Assembly (NCBI GenBank): GCA_000091205.1
Contig: AP006491.2
DNA: 64,000 nt
Strand: one strand, 5' to 3'
Origin: Cyanidioschyzon merolae
Taxonomy: Eukaryota
Shown piece after piece: positions 33,015-43,100 of this stretch. Each line of letters opens with the position of its first letter. The first letter of the stretch is position 1. The notes under the pieces were generated by a model that did no database searches, was not told the origin of the DNA, and worked only from the letters and a program-made list of their open reading frames with translations. The position numbers and the translations under genes were made by a program.

Positions 33015-33044
<30 letters not shown>
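33015..33044. repeat. (GCT)10 trinucleotide repeat
   Basis: gctgctgctgctgctgctgctgctgctgct, inside the unannotated ORF 32760..33569 (poly-Ser on the minus strand). Confidence 0.85.
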
Positions 33045-33614
33045 AAGATGTACCCTGCAGACAGCAAAGAAAACGTTGATAACGAACTGTATGCGTTCCG
33101 TGCAGAGAAGACACGCGGCATTGCGTGAGATCTCCGAAGCACGACGATCAACGCCAAACAAAACGGCAGGCGGGCACGGTACCGACGAATCCGACACCCT
33201 CCGCATACACGACGCTGGACAGTGATCCGCATCGGAAACGGCCACGGCACACAGATGACGTGTTCGTGAGCGAGGCATGCTCAGGTGCCCTGTGTGTAAA
33301 AATGGACATTCAATACCTATTCCACCGGAACCATGGCCTACCGCATACTGAAATCCCATATTCAGTGTGTTTTCGGCCCGGAGACCTGTATTGCTGCTCT
33401 GCAGTCGCGAGCAAAGGCGCGTGATACCCAGATGAATCGACGAGCGCATCAACTCGTCAGGGTAATGCTCACGTTGCACTTGCCGGAGCGCGTGTATGTC
33501 CAGAATCCTGGCAACCTCTTGCGTCACGCTGACTCCGCGGTGCTCACGGGTCTGTTGCGCTGCGTCCATCGCAAGTTACGCAACAAAAGACTACGCAAGC
33601 GGATGCACTCCTGC

Positions 33615-34652
33615 TCAGGGGCCTGAAAGTATCCAGATTCGAGCATGCGTGGCGGCTCGTGACTCTCGTAGACGACCAAGATGCCGAAAAACATTCATCA
33701 GCGCTCTGCCCGTAGTATCCTGCTTCAGTGATGCAAAGGACTTGATATCTGTCTCGGAGAAAAAGTAGTGCCCGCGAGTCTCGTCCGTTTCCATGTCCTC
33801 ATAGCGGCAGCGCTGATCAAGCTGCGCAGAAGTGAGCTCATGCTTTGGACGACGCAAAAGCGCATACTTATAACGCAAGATGCTCTCAATATCGCTGATC
33901 GCTCTATGCAGACGCTCTATGGTGACGCGTCCGCGTATGTGCCCCGGAACTTGCTGGAGCGTCTCCTCAGTCACTGGCTCGACGCGTGGAGCGGCGTCAA
34001 CCGCCGGCGCTGCTCGGGGAAACGAGTCTCGCTTCCGTGGAACAGGCGAGACACTGTCGTTTACCCTGCCAGTGGGTGCTCCTTCTGATCCAGGTGGCTG
34101 CTGCGCGCTCGGTGGTGAAGCGTCCTCCGTACCAGCGCAAGTGCGCCCGGCGCGTCGCCGCTGCTGGAGCGCCACCTGCAAACGACGCCACTGCTGCCGC
34201 TGCTCTCGTACTCGGCGACAAAGCTGCTTCATTTGTCCGGCATATCGCAAGTCCTCCTCTAGCGCCTCTTTCAGCCAGTAGAAGTGCGTCTCCGCTGCTT
34301 GGAGCTGCGCCTCGGTGGCGTACAAGTGCTCATCCAACGCTGGCACTGCCTCAGCTGAGCGCATCAGCGCCAACCACTTGAGAGTACGCACCCGCCGGAC
34401 AAGAGTCGCAGCATCGGCACCCAGTTGACTCCCAATACCGAGTAGTCGTTGCTCATCGGGATGACCCTCAACCGGGACCTCTGAGCGTTCCCCGCGAGTC
34501 GACAGCATATGCAAAAGGTCCGACACGCGCCAGGGATTTTGAATGTCGCGGCCGCAATGGACGGTGCTTTGTTCCAATGCCGCACACGTCGATGAAACAG
34601 TCGATGCTCCACGAGCACGCAGGGTATATGAATACCGACGTGCAGACGCCAA
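33615..34652 (-). CDS. SKA1: Spindle and kinetochore-associated protein 1 (SKA1) homologue
   Basis: The C-terminal microtubule-binding domain aligns with human SKA1: TIERLHRAISDIESILRYKYALLRRPKHELTSAQLDQRCRYEDMETDETRGHYFFSETDIKSFASLKQDTTGRALMNVFRHLGRLRESRAATHARIWIL vs LNETVDKINTALTEKYKLLHQPKKSMNSVTRNLYHRFIDEETKDTKGRYFIVEADIKEFTTLKADKKFHVLLNILRHCRRLSEVRGGGLTRYVI. The N-terminal 50 to 90 aa may be over-called. Confidence 0.7.
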   Translation of the reverse strand: MASARRYSYTLRARGASTVSSTCAALEQSTVHCGRDIQNPWRVSDLLHMLSTRGERSEVPVEGHPDEQRLLGIGSQLGADAATLVRRVRTLKWLALMRSAEAVPALDEHLYATEAQLQAAETHFYWLKEALEEDLRYAGQMKQLCRRVREQRQQWRRLQVALQQRRRAGRTCAGTEDASPPSAQQPPGSEGAPTGRVNDSVSPVPRKRDSFPRAAPAVDAAPRVEPVTEETLQQVPGHIRGRVTIERLHRAISDIESILRYKYALLRRPKHELTSAQLDQRCRYEDMETDETRGHYFFSETDIKSFASLKQDTTGRALMNVFRHLGRLRESRAATHARIWILSGP

Positions 34653-34657
34653 CCAGT

Positions 34658-34950
34658 CTATGTCGACCGGCCAGCTACTAGTAGCTCCAACTTCTCCTTA
34701 TACGCCTCGAGTATCAGAGGCTGCCCCATAAAGTTGGTTCGCGCCAGCTCCTCGGGTCTCTTCTCCAGCACTGCACATCCCCTGACATTGAAGGCGGCGT
34801 CGAAGTCCCGGTACACAAATACGATACGTTTCTTCCCGTTGTTTGCACTTACGAATGCAAGTAGGCCTCGATTTTGGGCGCTCCATTCCATTTGCTCCTA
34901 CGTCAGCGCTGCGAACTTTTCTACATGCGCAGGGCTCCGCTTGCACTTCT
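34658..34950 (-). mobile_element. Fragment of the TnpB/Fanzor-like element retaining an RuvC-III-like RDxxAAxN motif, abutting the SKA1 start
   Basis: ORF 34658..34891 reads VSANNGKKRIVFVYRDFDAAFNVRGCAVLEKRPEELART. This is paralogous to 13006..13941 (INGKKRTEFVNRQFHAVITIMRCAVLETRPEELTRT). A second frame, 34698..34946 (MCSAGEETRGAGANQLYGAAS), matches 13686..13907 (MCGAGDETRGVDANHLCGAAP). An in-frame stop lies immediately upstream, so it is a fragment. Confidence 0.45.
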
Positions 34951-35380
34951 CCGTCTCGACTTTCTGAGGTGTACGCCCCAGCTCATTCCTGATTTTCTTG
35001 AAACTGAATGTATTTGTTCAAGACTTTGGGTGAAGACCTCCCGAGAAAGAGAGAAGGGCTTGCGGAAGAGAGGCGAAATTTGCCCTGGTGTCTCATTGTG
35101 TGCTGAACGAATCAGCGGTTCGCCCAGTGGAGCGATCAGTACGTTTCACGATAGAGAACATTTCCTCGCAGAGGATGCGCCACGATGAGCATGTAGGAAT
35201 GAAAAGCATCTCTACCTCAATAGAATCGGTAAAGGCTCGAACGCAAGTGGAATGGTCAAATGCCAAGTTGTCCAATAGAAGGAACTTCGCCGGACGTCAG
35301 TGACAGGTCTTCAACGATTCGACAAAGCGGGTGGTGCTGTTGTACGGGCCTTCACTACGACCGAAACTAAGGCCGCAAAA

Positions 35381-36160
35381 TCACTCCGCTGCCTCTAGAA
35401 CAGATGATGTCGTTGGTCTCTTGGAGTTTGATTCTACATACATCTTGGTCCCTGCTCCGGGATTACTCATATCCGCTTTGACCGTTTCACCCGAGGCAAG
35501 TCTCATCGACCGAGAAAACAAACCGACGTCGCTGTGCTGTATACGGATCGCCGAGTTCCGGGAACTTTCTTGTAGTTGCGATTTCGATGGAAGATGGCCA
35601 TATGTGAACAAGGACTCTTTTTCCGACTGTATCCCAGTGGTTTCAGGACCACTCGAACCAGCTGCTAAGAAACAGAAACGCCCATGGTGGCTCCTATCAT
35701 CGTTTTGCGCTTTCCCTAAAGTGATCAACGGGTCGTTCTGTACCACTGACTGCAAGCGATCTCGAAGAATATCTGACTTTGGCGCGGGGCGCGTGATCTC
35801 CGTCCTCTCAGTGTCCCTTAGCCATCTGAGAACTGTGGTATGACTGACCTGAATGAGGAATGCAGTCCCTGTTGCACTGGTCAGTAACGCGTACGTATCC
35901 CACAGGCAATTCTTCCACGATCTATGCGGCACATTGCATCGAGATTTCGGTTTCTTTGTACTCACCGCAGCGGGGGTGAAATAATACTGAGTTGAAGGAC
36001 TTTTACGCTTCAAATACCATCTTGGATGGAAATATTCAAGCGTCATGCTGGAGGCTTCCACATCCGCATGGAGTTCGGGCCACGTGCCGTGAGACGCTCC
36101 CGTCTTTGCGGGGCCAGCACGCAAACGATTGCATAGAGCCTGTAGATGAAACCTCGGCAA
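35381..36160 (-). pseudogene. Relic ORF with a Tc1/mariner-like paired HTH fragment
   Basis: Residues about 105 to 155 (nt about 35695..35848) read VSHTTVLRWLRDTERTEITRPAPKSDILRDRLQSVVQNDPLITLGKAQ. Compare the Tc1/mariner N-terminal HTH pattern vSrstV.R...rf.etG....rprsGRPrk...r.dr.i.r.v..nP..t. No DDE domain follows, so it is decayed. Confidence 0.3.
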
Positions 36161-37394
36161 ACGCGTGCAAAACGCTAATAAACCATGACAGTCGCCGCGG
36201 GTGGAAGTGCCTCAGCGTTCCAGCGACCCGCGAGGTGCCGAGTTCCTCGGAAGCGCTCGCCACGGCACCGGACACGTAGCGCCAGACGACGCGCGGCGTC
36301 AGCACCTCTAGGCGTTGCGTTTAGGGCCCTCGGCTCCATGCTGCACGATGCCCGTGCCGCACAGTGCGCTTCCTCGCCTGCTGCTGACGCCAGCGCTGGT
36401 GAAACAATGCCAGACATACCCACTCCGTGCCGTTACGTATTCGGTGCCCGCGGTGTTCACTGGTCAATGCATTCGATCTTCACAACAAAGCGGCTGCTGC
36501 GAATGCCAAAGGAACAGATCCAGCTTTGCACGCGACCCGTTCCGCTTGGTTGCCAATACGAGGAAACCGCTCAGGTCCGTGGCGCTGCACACTGCTAACG
36601 ATGCCTGGATGGTATGGAATGCGGGACGGCAATGCAGCCGCTTCGATAGAGTTTACATGCCCGATGCAGCTCGTACCTCAATTGATTCAGGCGCGGGGAA
36701 CCCAGGCTAGATGAATCCCTAATTGACTTCGGAATGCATCTCATTGTTCTCCAGGGGAGTTCCACGGTGTTCGTAGGAGAACGTATCGCCTCGCTGGCCG
36801 CACAGGAGCAATCCGCGGCGACTCCCCGTGCAGCTGATCCATGCTCGCCATCCAGCCTGCAATGATGGCATAAAGTGTTAGGTACCACGTTGTTTTTGGT
36901 GCGGTCTCGGTGCGAGATCGCGTTTACTCCTCTGAAACCCGGCTGTCTAGCCAACTGCGAACATTCGGCATGATCGTTCACAGGTGCTACCAAAATTCCG
37001 GCATGCGCGACGCATGTACTGTATAGGCAGCTGGCTTTCGGAAATCATCTTGCGTTTTGGAGCAGTAAGCATCGCACTCGGCCTCGGATAGAGACTGGGA
37101 ACGCTGGCATCGATACCGAATGAACAAATGGCAGCGTGCAGTCGAACACGACTGCTTCATACAAAACAGTCGATCGAACCGCACACAGAGCACACACAGA
37201 CGAGTCAAGAACGTATCGACTAGACCAGGGCGCCGGTTCCCATACACGCTGCAAGCACAGCATCGCACCCGCGGCAGACAGCTATTACAGGGTATCTCGC
37301 GCCAATGACCAGGCCACAGACCGGTGTGCAGCGCGGAATTCAGCAAGCCTGGCGGCCTTCTCATGCGTGTGGACAAAGTCGGCGGGGTTTGGAT

Positions 37395-38177
37395 TCACGC
37401 TTGGCGCCCAGCAAGCTGATCCGTGCTCTCCATCTGGACCCAAGCCTTGAAGCGTCGCCGCATCTGTGCCACAAACGCTCCGAAATCATTCGTTCGGTTC
37501 AGCGTTTCCACCATTTGTGCGAGACGTACATTCGCTGCTCCGGCCGTTGGCTTCATTACATCAATGTCAGGAACGCAGTCCTCGACTCGGAATAAATCTG
37601 CGTCCTCATCTACATACACTGTAAAAGCAAACTCGCGATCCGGCGCCCGCGAATCGATGTGTCGGAAAATCACGCGAACCTTGCCGTCAACACGCCCGGC
37701 CTCGGTCGCCGAGGCAGCGCCAACTCTCTGAAACCGCAGCCCCAGTCTATCTCGGTACCAAACAAGCGCCTTCTGGAGATGCAGCAGACGCGTGCGCCGT
37801 GCCTCTTCGCACGCATTCAAGAGCGCTCGACGGCGCTCAAACTCCTGCCGGCGCTCAGCGATCTCCTGCTCGAGTTCCTGCTGCCTCACCGGTAGCGCAG
37901 CGGCCCGTGCCTCGAGTTGCGCTATTCCACGCTCGAGGGCGTCCAGCTCCTCACGCTCTGCCTCTAAACGCTCCTGCAATCGTGCCGCTGCTGCCTCGAA
38001 TTGCGTGCGCCGCTGTACCAATGTCTCCGTTTCCCGTGACACCCGCGCCGTTGTCTCCTGCCAGGTCCGCTGTACCTCTTCCAGATTGCTCAAACGTCCT
38101 CTTGCCCAAACCTCAAACTGTGTCCTAGCGTGATGAAGGTTTTCATCGAGATGTCTCAAGTCTACAGTATCCATCAA
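37395..38177 (-). CDS. SPC25: Kinetochore protein SPC25 (NDC80 complex subunit) homologue
   Basis: An N-terminal coiled coil (EAEREELDALERGIAQLEARAAALPVRQQELEQEIAERRQEFERRR) is followed by a C-terminal RWD-like domain RLGLRFQRVGAASATEAGRVDGKVRVIFRHIDSRAPDREFAFTVYV...VRLAQMVETLNRTNDFGAFVAQMRRRFKAW. Human SPC25 reads [30 protein letters not shown]...ENVRKTNNFSAFLANVRKAF. Confidence 0.6.
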   Translation of the reverse strand: MMDTVDLRHLDENLHHARTQFEVWARGRLSNLEEVQRTWQETTARVSRETETLVQRRTQFEAAAARLQERLEAEREELDALERGIAQLEARAAALPVRQQELEQEIAERRQEFERRRALLNACEEARRTRLLHLQKALVWYRDRLGLRFQRVGAASATEAGRVDGKVRVIFRHIDSRAPDREFAFTVYVDEDADLFRVEDCVPDIDVMKPTAGAANVRLAQMVETLNRTNDFGAFVAQMRRRFKAWVQMESTDQLAGRQA

Positions 38178-38286
38178 CGGACTAAAAGCGTCGATGGCAG
38201 AAGGAGTCGCTCAGACCTGCGGCGCAGTGCTGCTTTGCGCGCCTTTCTGGTGGCGCTGATTTCAAATCGCCACGATGTGCAACGCT

Positions 38287-38322
<36 letters not shown>

Positions 38323-38344
38323 GTTTCGCGCTTCTCAACGCCCT
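38178..38344. promoter_or_regulatory. Short divergent intergenic region shared by SPC25 (-) and the MAD1-like gene (+), containing an (ACGC)n microsatellite at 38288..38323
   Basis: The two start codons are 167 bp apart and point away from each other. gcacgcacgcacgcacgcacgcacgcacgcacgcg lies in the middle. Promoter function is inferred from the arrangement only. Confidence 0.3.
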
Positions 38345-40036
38345 ATGCCTGGGTGTCAACCTGACGAGGATGCGCAACACATAGTGGCGAAACCTTCCAG
38401 TCCCCGCTTGCTGATGCCTTCTAGACCCCTGAGTGACATCCAGGAAAGCTGGGAGGATCGAGAGAACGCCCCACCGGCTGCAACGTGGACGCCTTTGGCG
38501 AAACATCTGCCGGCAGACGGCACGGCTGCTCCCAGTGACGGTGAGGTGGCCTCCAACACGCTTGTTCGGAAAACCGCGCGCAAGGGTTCGGAATATTCCG
38601 GTGTATCAGGTTGCATCTTCACGACGGCAGGAAGCACCACTAGCGCCGGAGTTTCCGAGTGCGGCGAGTCCACGGAGCGCACGGCTCTCGCTGAAGCGCG
38701 CCCAGTAGCTAGCCTGTCGACGAACGCTGGCGCCGTTCCGGGAACCCCAGCATCGCCTGTTGCCGCGGAGGCGTCGAAACACTCTGAAGTTAACGTTCGA
38801 CCAGACAAAGGAGACGCAGCGGCTTTCGACCAGCTGCTTCAAACAGAAGCACGAACAGCATCGCCGGCCGGCGCGGCGCAGGCGCAGGCGCGGCAACCTA
38901 CACCGCCAGCGAGGCATACAGCGGAAACGAGCGCTACTTCTCAGCTCGCATGGCGAGAGAACGATACGTCGAGAACGAGCCTAATCCGGCCCGACTGGGC
39001 TGCTCCTGATGAGTCGACACTTGACGGACAGCAGTCAGCACGCGATAGTCTACGCGGTGCGCGCACACCAGCGACACGTCGGCTCTCCGGTGGTGTGCGG
39101 ACCACCAAGAGTCGCATGCAGCATCGTCGCTCCAGTACTGCAGCGAATACGCAACTACCAGTACCGAGAATGGTTACCAACGAAGACAAGAGCGAGGCAG
39201 GGGTGCCAGCATCCAGGCAAGGCTCTGGCGCAGAGCCTCGCGCATTGCAGCAGGACACGTCGCCAGCGCAATTGCCTTCATCCGAACGAGCTGCTGGGAC
39301 ACAGGGCGCCCAGCGTTTACCAGCCACTACATTTCCGTGGAATGCAAATGGCACAATACAAGCAGCAGAGGCCACGCGTGCCTTCGAGGAATACCGTGCT
39401 AGCGTCGCAGTCCAGTTAGATGCCGCCGAACGGCTGGTCGAACGTTACAAGAGCGAAAACGAACAGCTGCGACAGCAGCTTGACCATGCAGAAGTGGCGA
39501 AACTGCGCCAACGGGTCGACGATCTCGAGCGCACCCGAACAGACCAACAGCTGCGATATCTCGAACTGCAGAAGCATGCGATTCAGCTAGAAGCTGACCT
39601 CGCGCGAGAACGTCTCGCACTCGAGCGCGAGCGATCACAACTCGCCCAGCTCGAAAACGACGCCGCACCAGCAGCAGCGCTTTTCCAACTATGTTCTGGG
39701 GCGACCCAGGTGAAACCCATACGCGTTCGCTACGAGTCCACGGGTACAACGCCAGAGACCGAAGCCAAACTCCCCGGGAACACACCGTCCACAGCGAATC
39801 GTCCACAGGCCATTTGGCTTAACGGCTACCAAATACTCCTAGAAAATAGCGCCTTGCAACGAAGAGCTCTCTTTCAACTCGTTCTCGATGACTCGGGCGA
39901 TGTCGAATACACGCCCCTGGAACTGATGCTCGGCGACGCCGCCACCGATGCACCAGACTTTCTCCAGGAGACCATCTACTTTCCGCGAAACGAGTTGCCC
40001 CTGTTCTGGCTGCGACTCGTTGGCGTTCTCTTTTAA
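38345..40036 (+). CDS. MAD1: Mitotic spindle-assembly-checkpoint protein MAD1-like (short form: disordered N-terminus, short coiled coil, Mad1 C-terminal domain)
   Basis: The coiled coil ERLVERYKSENEQLRQQLDHAEVAKLRQRVDDLERTRTDQQLRYLELQKHAIQLEADLARERLALERER is followed by a C-terminus IWLNGYQILLENSALQRRALFQLVL...FLQETIYFPRNELPLFWLRLVGVLF. Compare human MAD1 C-terminus [25 protein letters not shown]...ELIEVHLRRQDSIPAFLSSLTLELF. Confidence 0.5.
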   Translation: MPGCQPDEDAQHIVAKPSSPRLLMPSRPLSDIQESWEDRENAPPAATWTPLAKHLPADGTAAPSDGEVASNTLVRKTARKGSEYSGVSGCIFTTAGSTTSAGVSECGESTERTALAEARPVASLSTNAGAVPGTPASPVAAEASKHSEVNVRPDKGDAAAFDQLLQTEARTASPAGAAQAQARQPTPPARHTAETSATSQLAWRENDTSRTSLIRPDWAAPDESTLDGQQSARDSLRGARTPATRRLSGGVRTTKSRMQHRRSSTAANTQLPVPRMVTNEDKSEAGVPASRQGSGAEPRALQQDTSPAQLPSSERAAGTQGAQRLPATTFPWNANGTIQAAEATRAFEEYRASVAVQLDAAERLVERYKSENEQLRQQLDHAEVAKLRQRVDDLERTRTDQQLRYLELQKHAIQLEADLARERLALERERSQLAQLENDAAPAAALFQLCSGATQVKPIRVRYESTGTTPETEAKLPGNTPSTANRPQAIWLNGYQILLENSALQRRALFQLVLDDSGDVEYTPLELMLGDAATDAPDFLQETIYFPRNELPLFWLRLVGVLF

Positions 40037-40142
40037 ACCACGGTTACTCCACTCGTGCCGCTTGACACGTAACGACGACACCTTCTGGACACGACCCCAG
40101 AGACGCAGCTTCCGTCAATGCTCCAACCCGGCAACCTCGACG

Positions 40143-43100
40143 ATGTCGACGTTCAAACAAACCTGCGATGCGTTCTGCTCGGGCGCGACGCGTCCTCAGA
40201 CAAGCGCACAGGGACCACGTCTTGTTCTGGATCAACCTGGTAGCGTCGCGGCTTTCGGTCAGTGTTTGGACGCCATCAGCGTCGCTGGCTTGGCACTGGT
40301 CGTTACGGTGCAACAGGACGGAAGCGTTGCGCTCTGGGTTACTAGTGGACTGCGCTTTTATCGTCAGTTTTTTTGGAGTGCGCGACGTGAACGCATCATC
40401 GATGCGGATTGTCATTCCGTAACGTCTGCTGACGATTTTGATGCTGTGCTCAGTGCACGCTTTCGGAGACCGGACGGGGCGCTGGTTCTAGGGACGCACG
40501 CTGGACACGTGGTTTGTATTGAACACGGGTCGGGGGGCGGGTTGGCGAACCTGTATCGCCGCTGGCAGCTTGTAGGTCGCCTCGACGCTCCGGTGTGGCT
40601 CGTGGGCAGTGTCGCACCAACGCCGACGACACCCGTCGACACAACTGCTGCCAACAATGGCGACGGGGATCAGGGCAGCACGGGTGCCGCTTTGTCGACG
40701 GGAGCACCCGGCGAATCGCATACCCGCCCGTTACCCGCGTCTGTGTCGGTATCTGAAGCGAGGGCGTGCTCGCCTTTGGCAGCGATCAGCACGGGTGTGG
40801 TCGTGGCGTGGACGGAGCACGCGCTCTGGTGGTATGTGCCAGCGCTCCGCCGATGGCATCGTTGCCCACATCCAGAGGATTTCGAAGCGCAGCAGCAGCA
40901 GCAGCGCATACGCGATGCTCCTGCGATCTATCTGGGGGAGGTTAGTGCCTCAGGGTGCTTTTTTGCGTGGACGTTGCGGCATAGTGACGGGTGCTGGATC
41001 GGCGCATGTCCACAGTGGCATGCAGCTACGTTCCACGCTGCATCGGATACCGATACCAACGACAGTGCTGATGACAATGTTGATCAGCGTATGCACAGTG
41101 AAGCTGTCTTCATTCATACCTCAGATCCGCTGTGCAGTCTTGCTTGGAAACCGGCACCGATTCGCGGTGGCGAGGCGCTGCTCGTGGGCGATAGATGCGG
41201 CCGCCTGAGGCTCTTCTCTGCAGCGACAACGGACTGGCGCTCGATAGCCACGGTGAGCGGCATGCCGCTCGCGACGCAGGCGGTCGATACAGCTGCCTGT
41301 TTCGTGCACCAGTACGGCAGCGGAGGCATCGCTGAAGACGAGAATGACGCTGCTCTGGTGGTTCTATCCGAGTGGCATCTCGGGGGCGCTGCAGCCTCCG
41401 GCGATACACGTCCACATGCAAAGCGAGACGCTCAGTCCGCACAGGGCATCATCGTGCATCCATATCGAGCGTCGATTGCGGTGCACTATATTGGGCAATG
41501 GATTCCGGGGATGCCCACGCTCTGGTGCGTCTCGCACCTGAACGATGAACCGGTACCCCGGGTGGTACCGTTCCATCGGGCCTCAGATGGGGCGTCAACG
41601 CCCGTGGCGCCTCCCGAGACGGACGCCAACGTTGCAAGGAACGGCCCGCCGACGCCTGTTCTCGAGTCAGTTGAGGGCGCCGCTGCATCAACAGCAGCAT
41701 GCCTTGCGGTACGTATCGAGGCAGCAGCAGAGTCGTGGCGAGCGCCGGTCAGCGCCGCGTGTGCTCCGGCAAAGGAGCTGCGGAGCCAGCAGCCGCCGGC
41801 GCAACCTGCACAACTGAACTGGATCCTGCAGAGAGGTCAGGTTGTGGAACGTTGGTACCAAAACGGTCGCCCAGGCGATGCCCTGGAGTTCTGGTCGCAC
41901 GTTGTCAGACTGGGCAACGGCGATGTGGGGTCCATCGGCGCGCTCTCCTACGGCTCTCGAGCGCGCACGCTGGTAGCACTTACGAGCACGCAACGACTTG
42001 TGTGCTGGCCGCTACCAGGCTGGCCGGCGCTGCGCTCCGGATACGGTCCCCGAACGCTGCCGACCCTGACCCAGACTAGAGTTTCGCGACCAGGGTGGGT
42101 TCACTGCGCCAACCAGCTTACCGCTTGTGTGCGTTGCGCTCAACGCGTTGAGTTGGCCTTGTTCACGATGACGGAGGCAGGTCTGCTCCAGCTGTACGGC
42201 TGGCTGTCGCCGCCCGAAGTAGACGCTCGTGAAACGCAAGCTCGGATACCGGACGAGGCCACCGCTGCGCCGCTGATGTGTGTGCTATCCGCGTCGACAC
42301 CGCCGGGGGTCCAGGTCGACGACTGTGCCGTTTGGAGTCGTCATCAGCCGCAGATGCTCGATACGCTCGAGGCGGACCAGCCGCAAGAAACAGGCTTGCT
42401 CTGCTGGAGCGCCCTCGACATGGTCTGGTACGTCTCCAGGATCATTGGTGTTCGGGACGCGAATGCAACTTCCGTGGCTCATTCGGTGCCCGCCAGCATC
42501 GATTCGGAAACCGGTGATGCTGCCATTGCGCCATTGGTGCCTTGCGGAAGCGCAACGCCCGTGCAAGCCGCTCCCGCATGCAACCAGCACCAGCCCGAAG
42601 AGGGGCAGGCGACTGCCCGCGCCAGCTCACCGGCCCGCAACTGCCGACATCTTGCCCTGCATTGCTTCGACTTGTCGCCCTGGGTACGATTATGTGTTTC
42701 GGATCCGCCGCCTTGCGCCTTTGCGGTTCGTACAGACAAGGTATTCGTATGGCGGGTGGACGGAGTCCTCGCTGTGTACCGACTCGACACCTCCAGGTCG
42801 GTACTGGAACGGATTACGGCATCGCGCCTGGTGGCGGAAACGCTTCATGAACGCGCACACTGGCACCAAAGTCGCCTGGTGGTTTCCGCTGACGCCCAAG
42901 AGGTCGCCGTCTGGGATGCAGCGTCACGTCGACTGCACCTGTGTTCATTCGACGGTGCGGATATCTACGCATTAACTACTGTGGATGTGTCGGATACGCG
43001 GCCTGATGCGGATATCTCGTTCGCACGCTACCGTAGTTGCGCTTATCTCACGGTGGACCGGTGGCTCTATTATCGCCGGGGTTGCCGCTGGATCTCGTGC

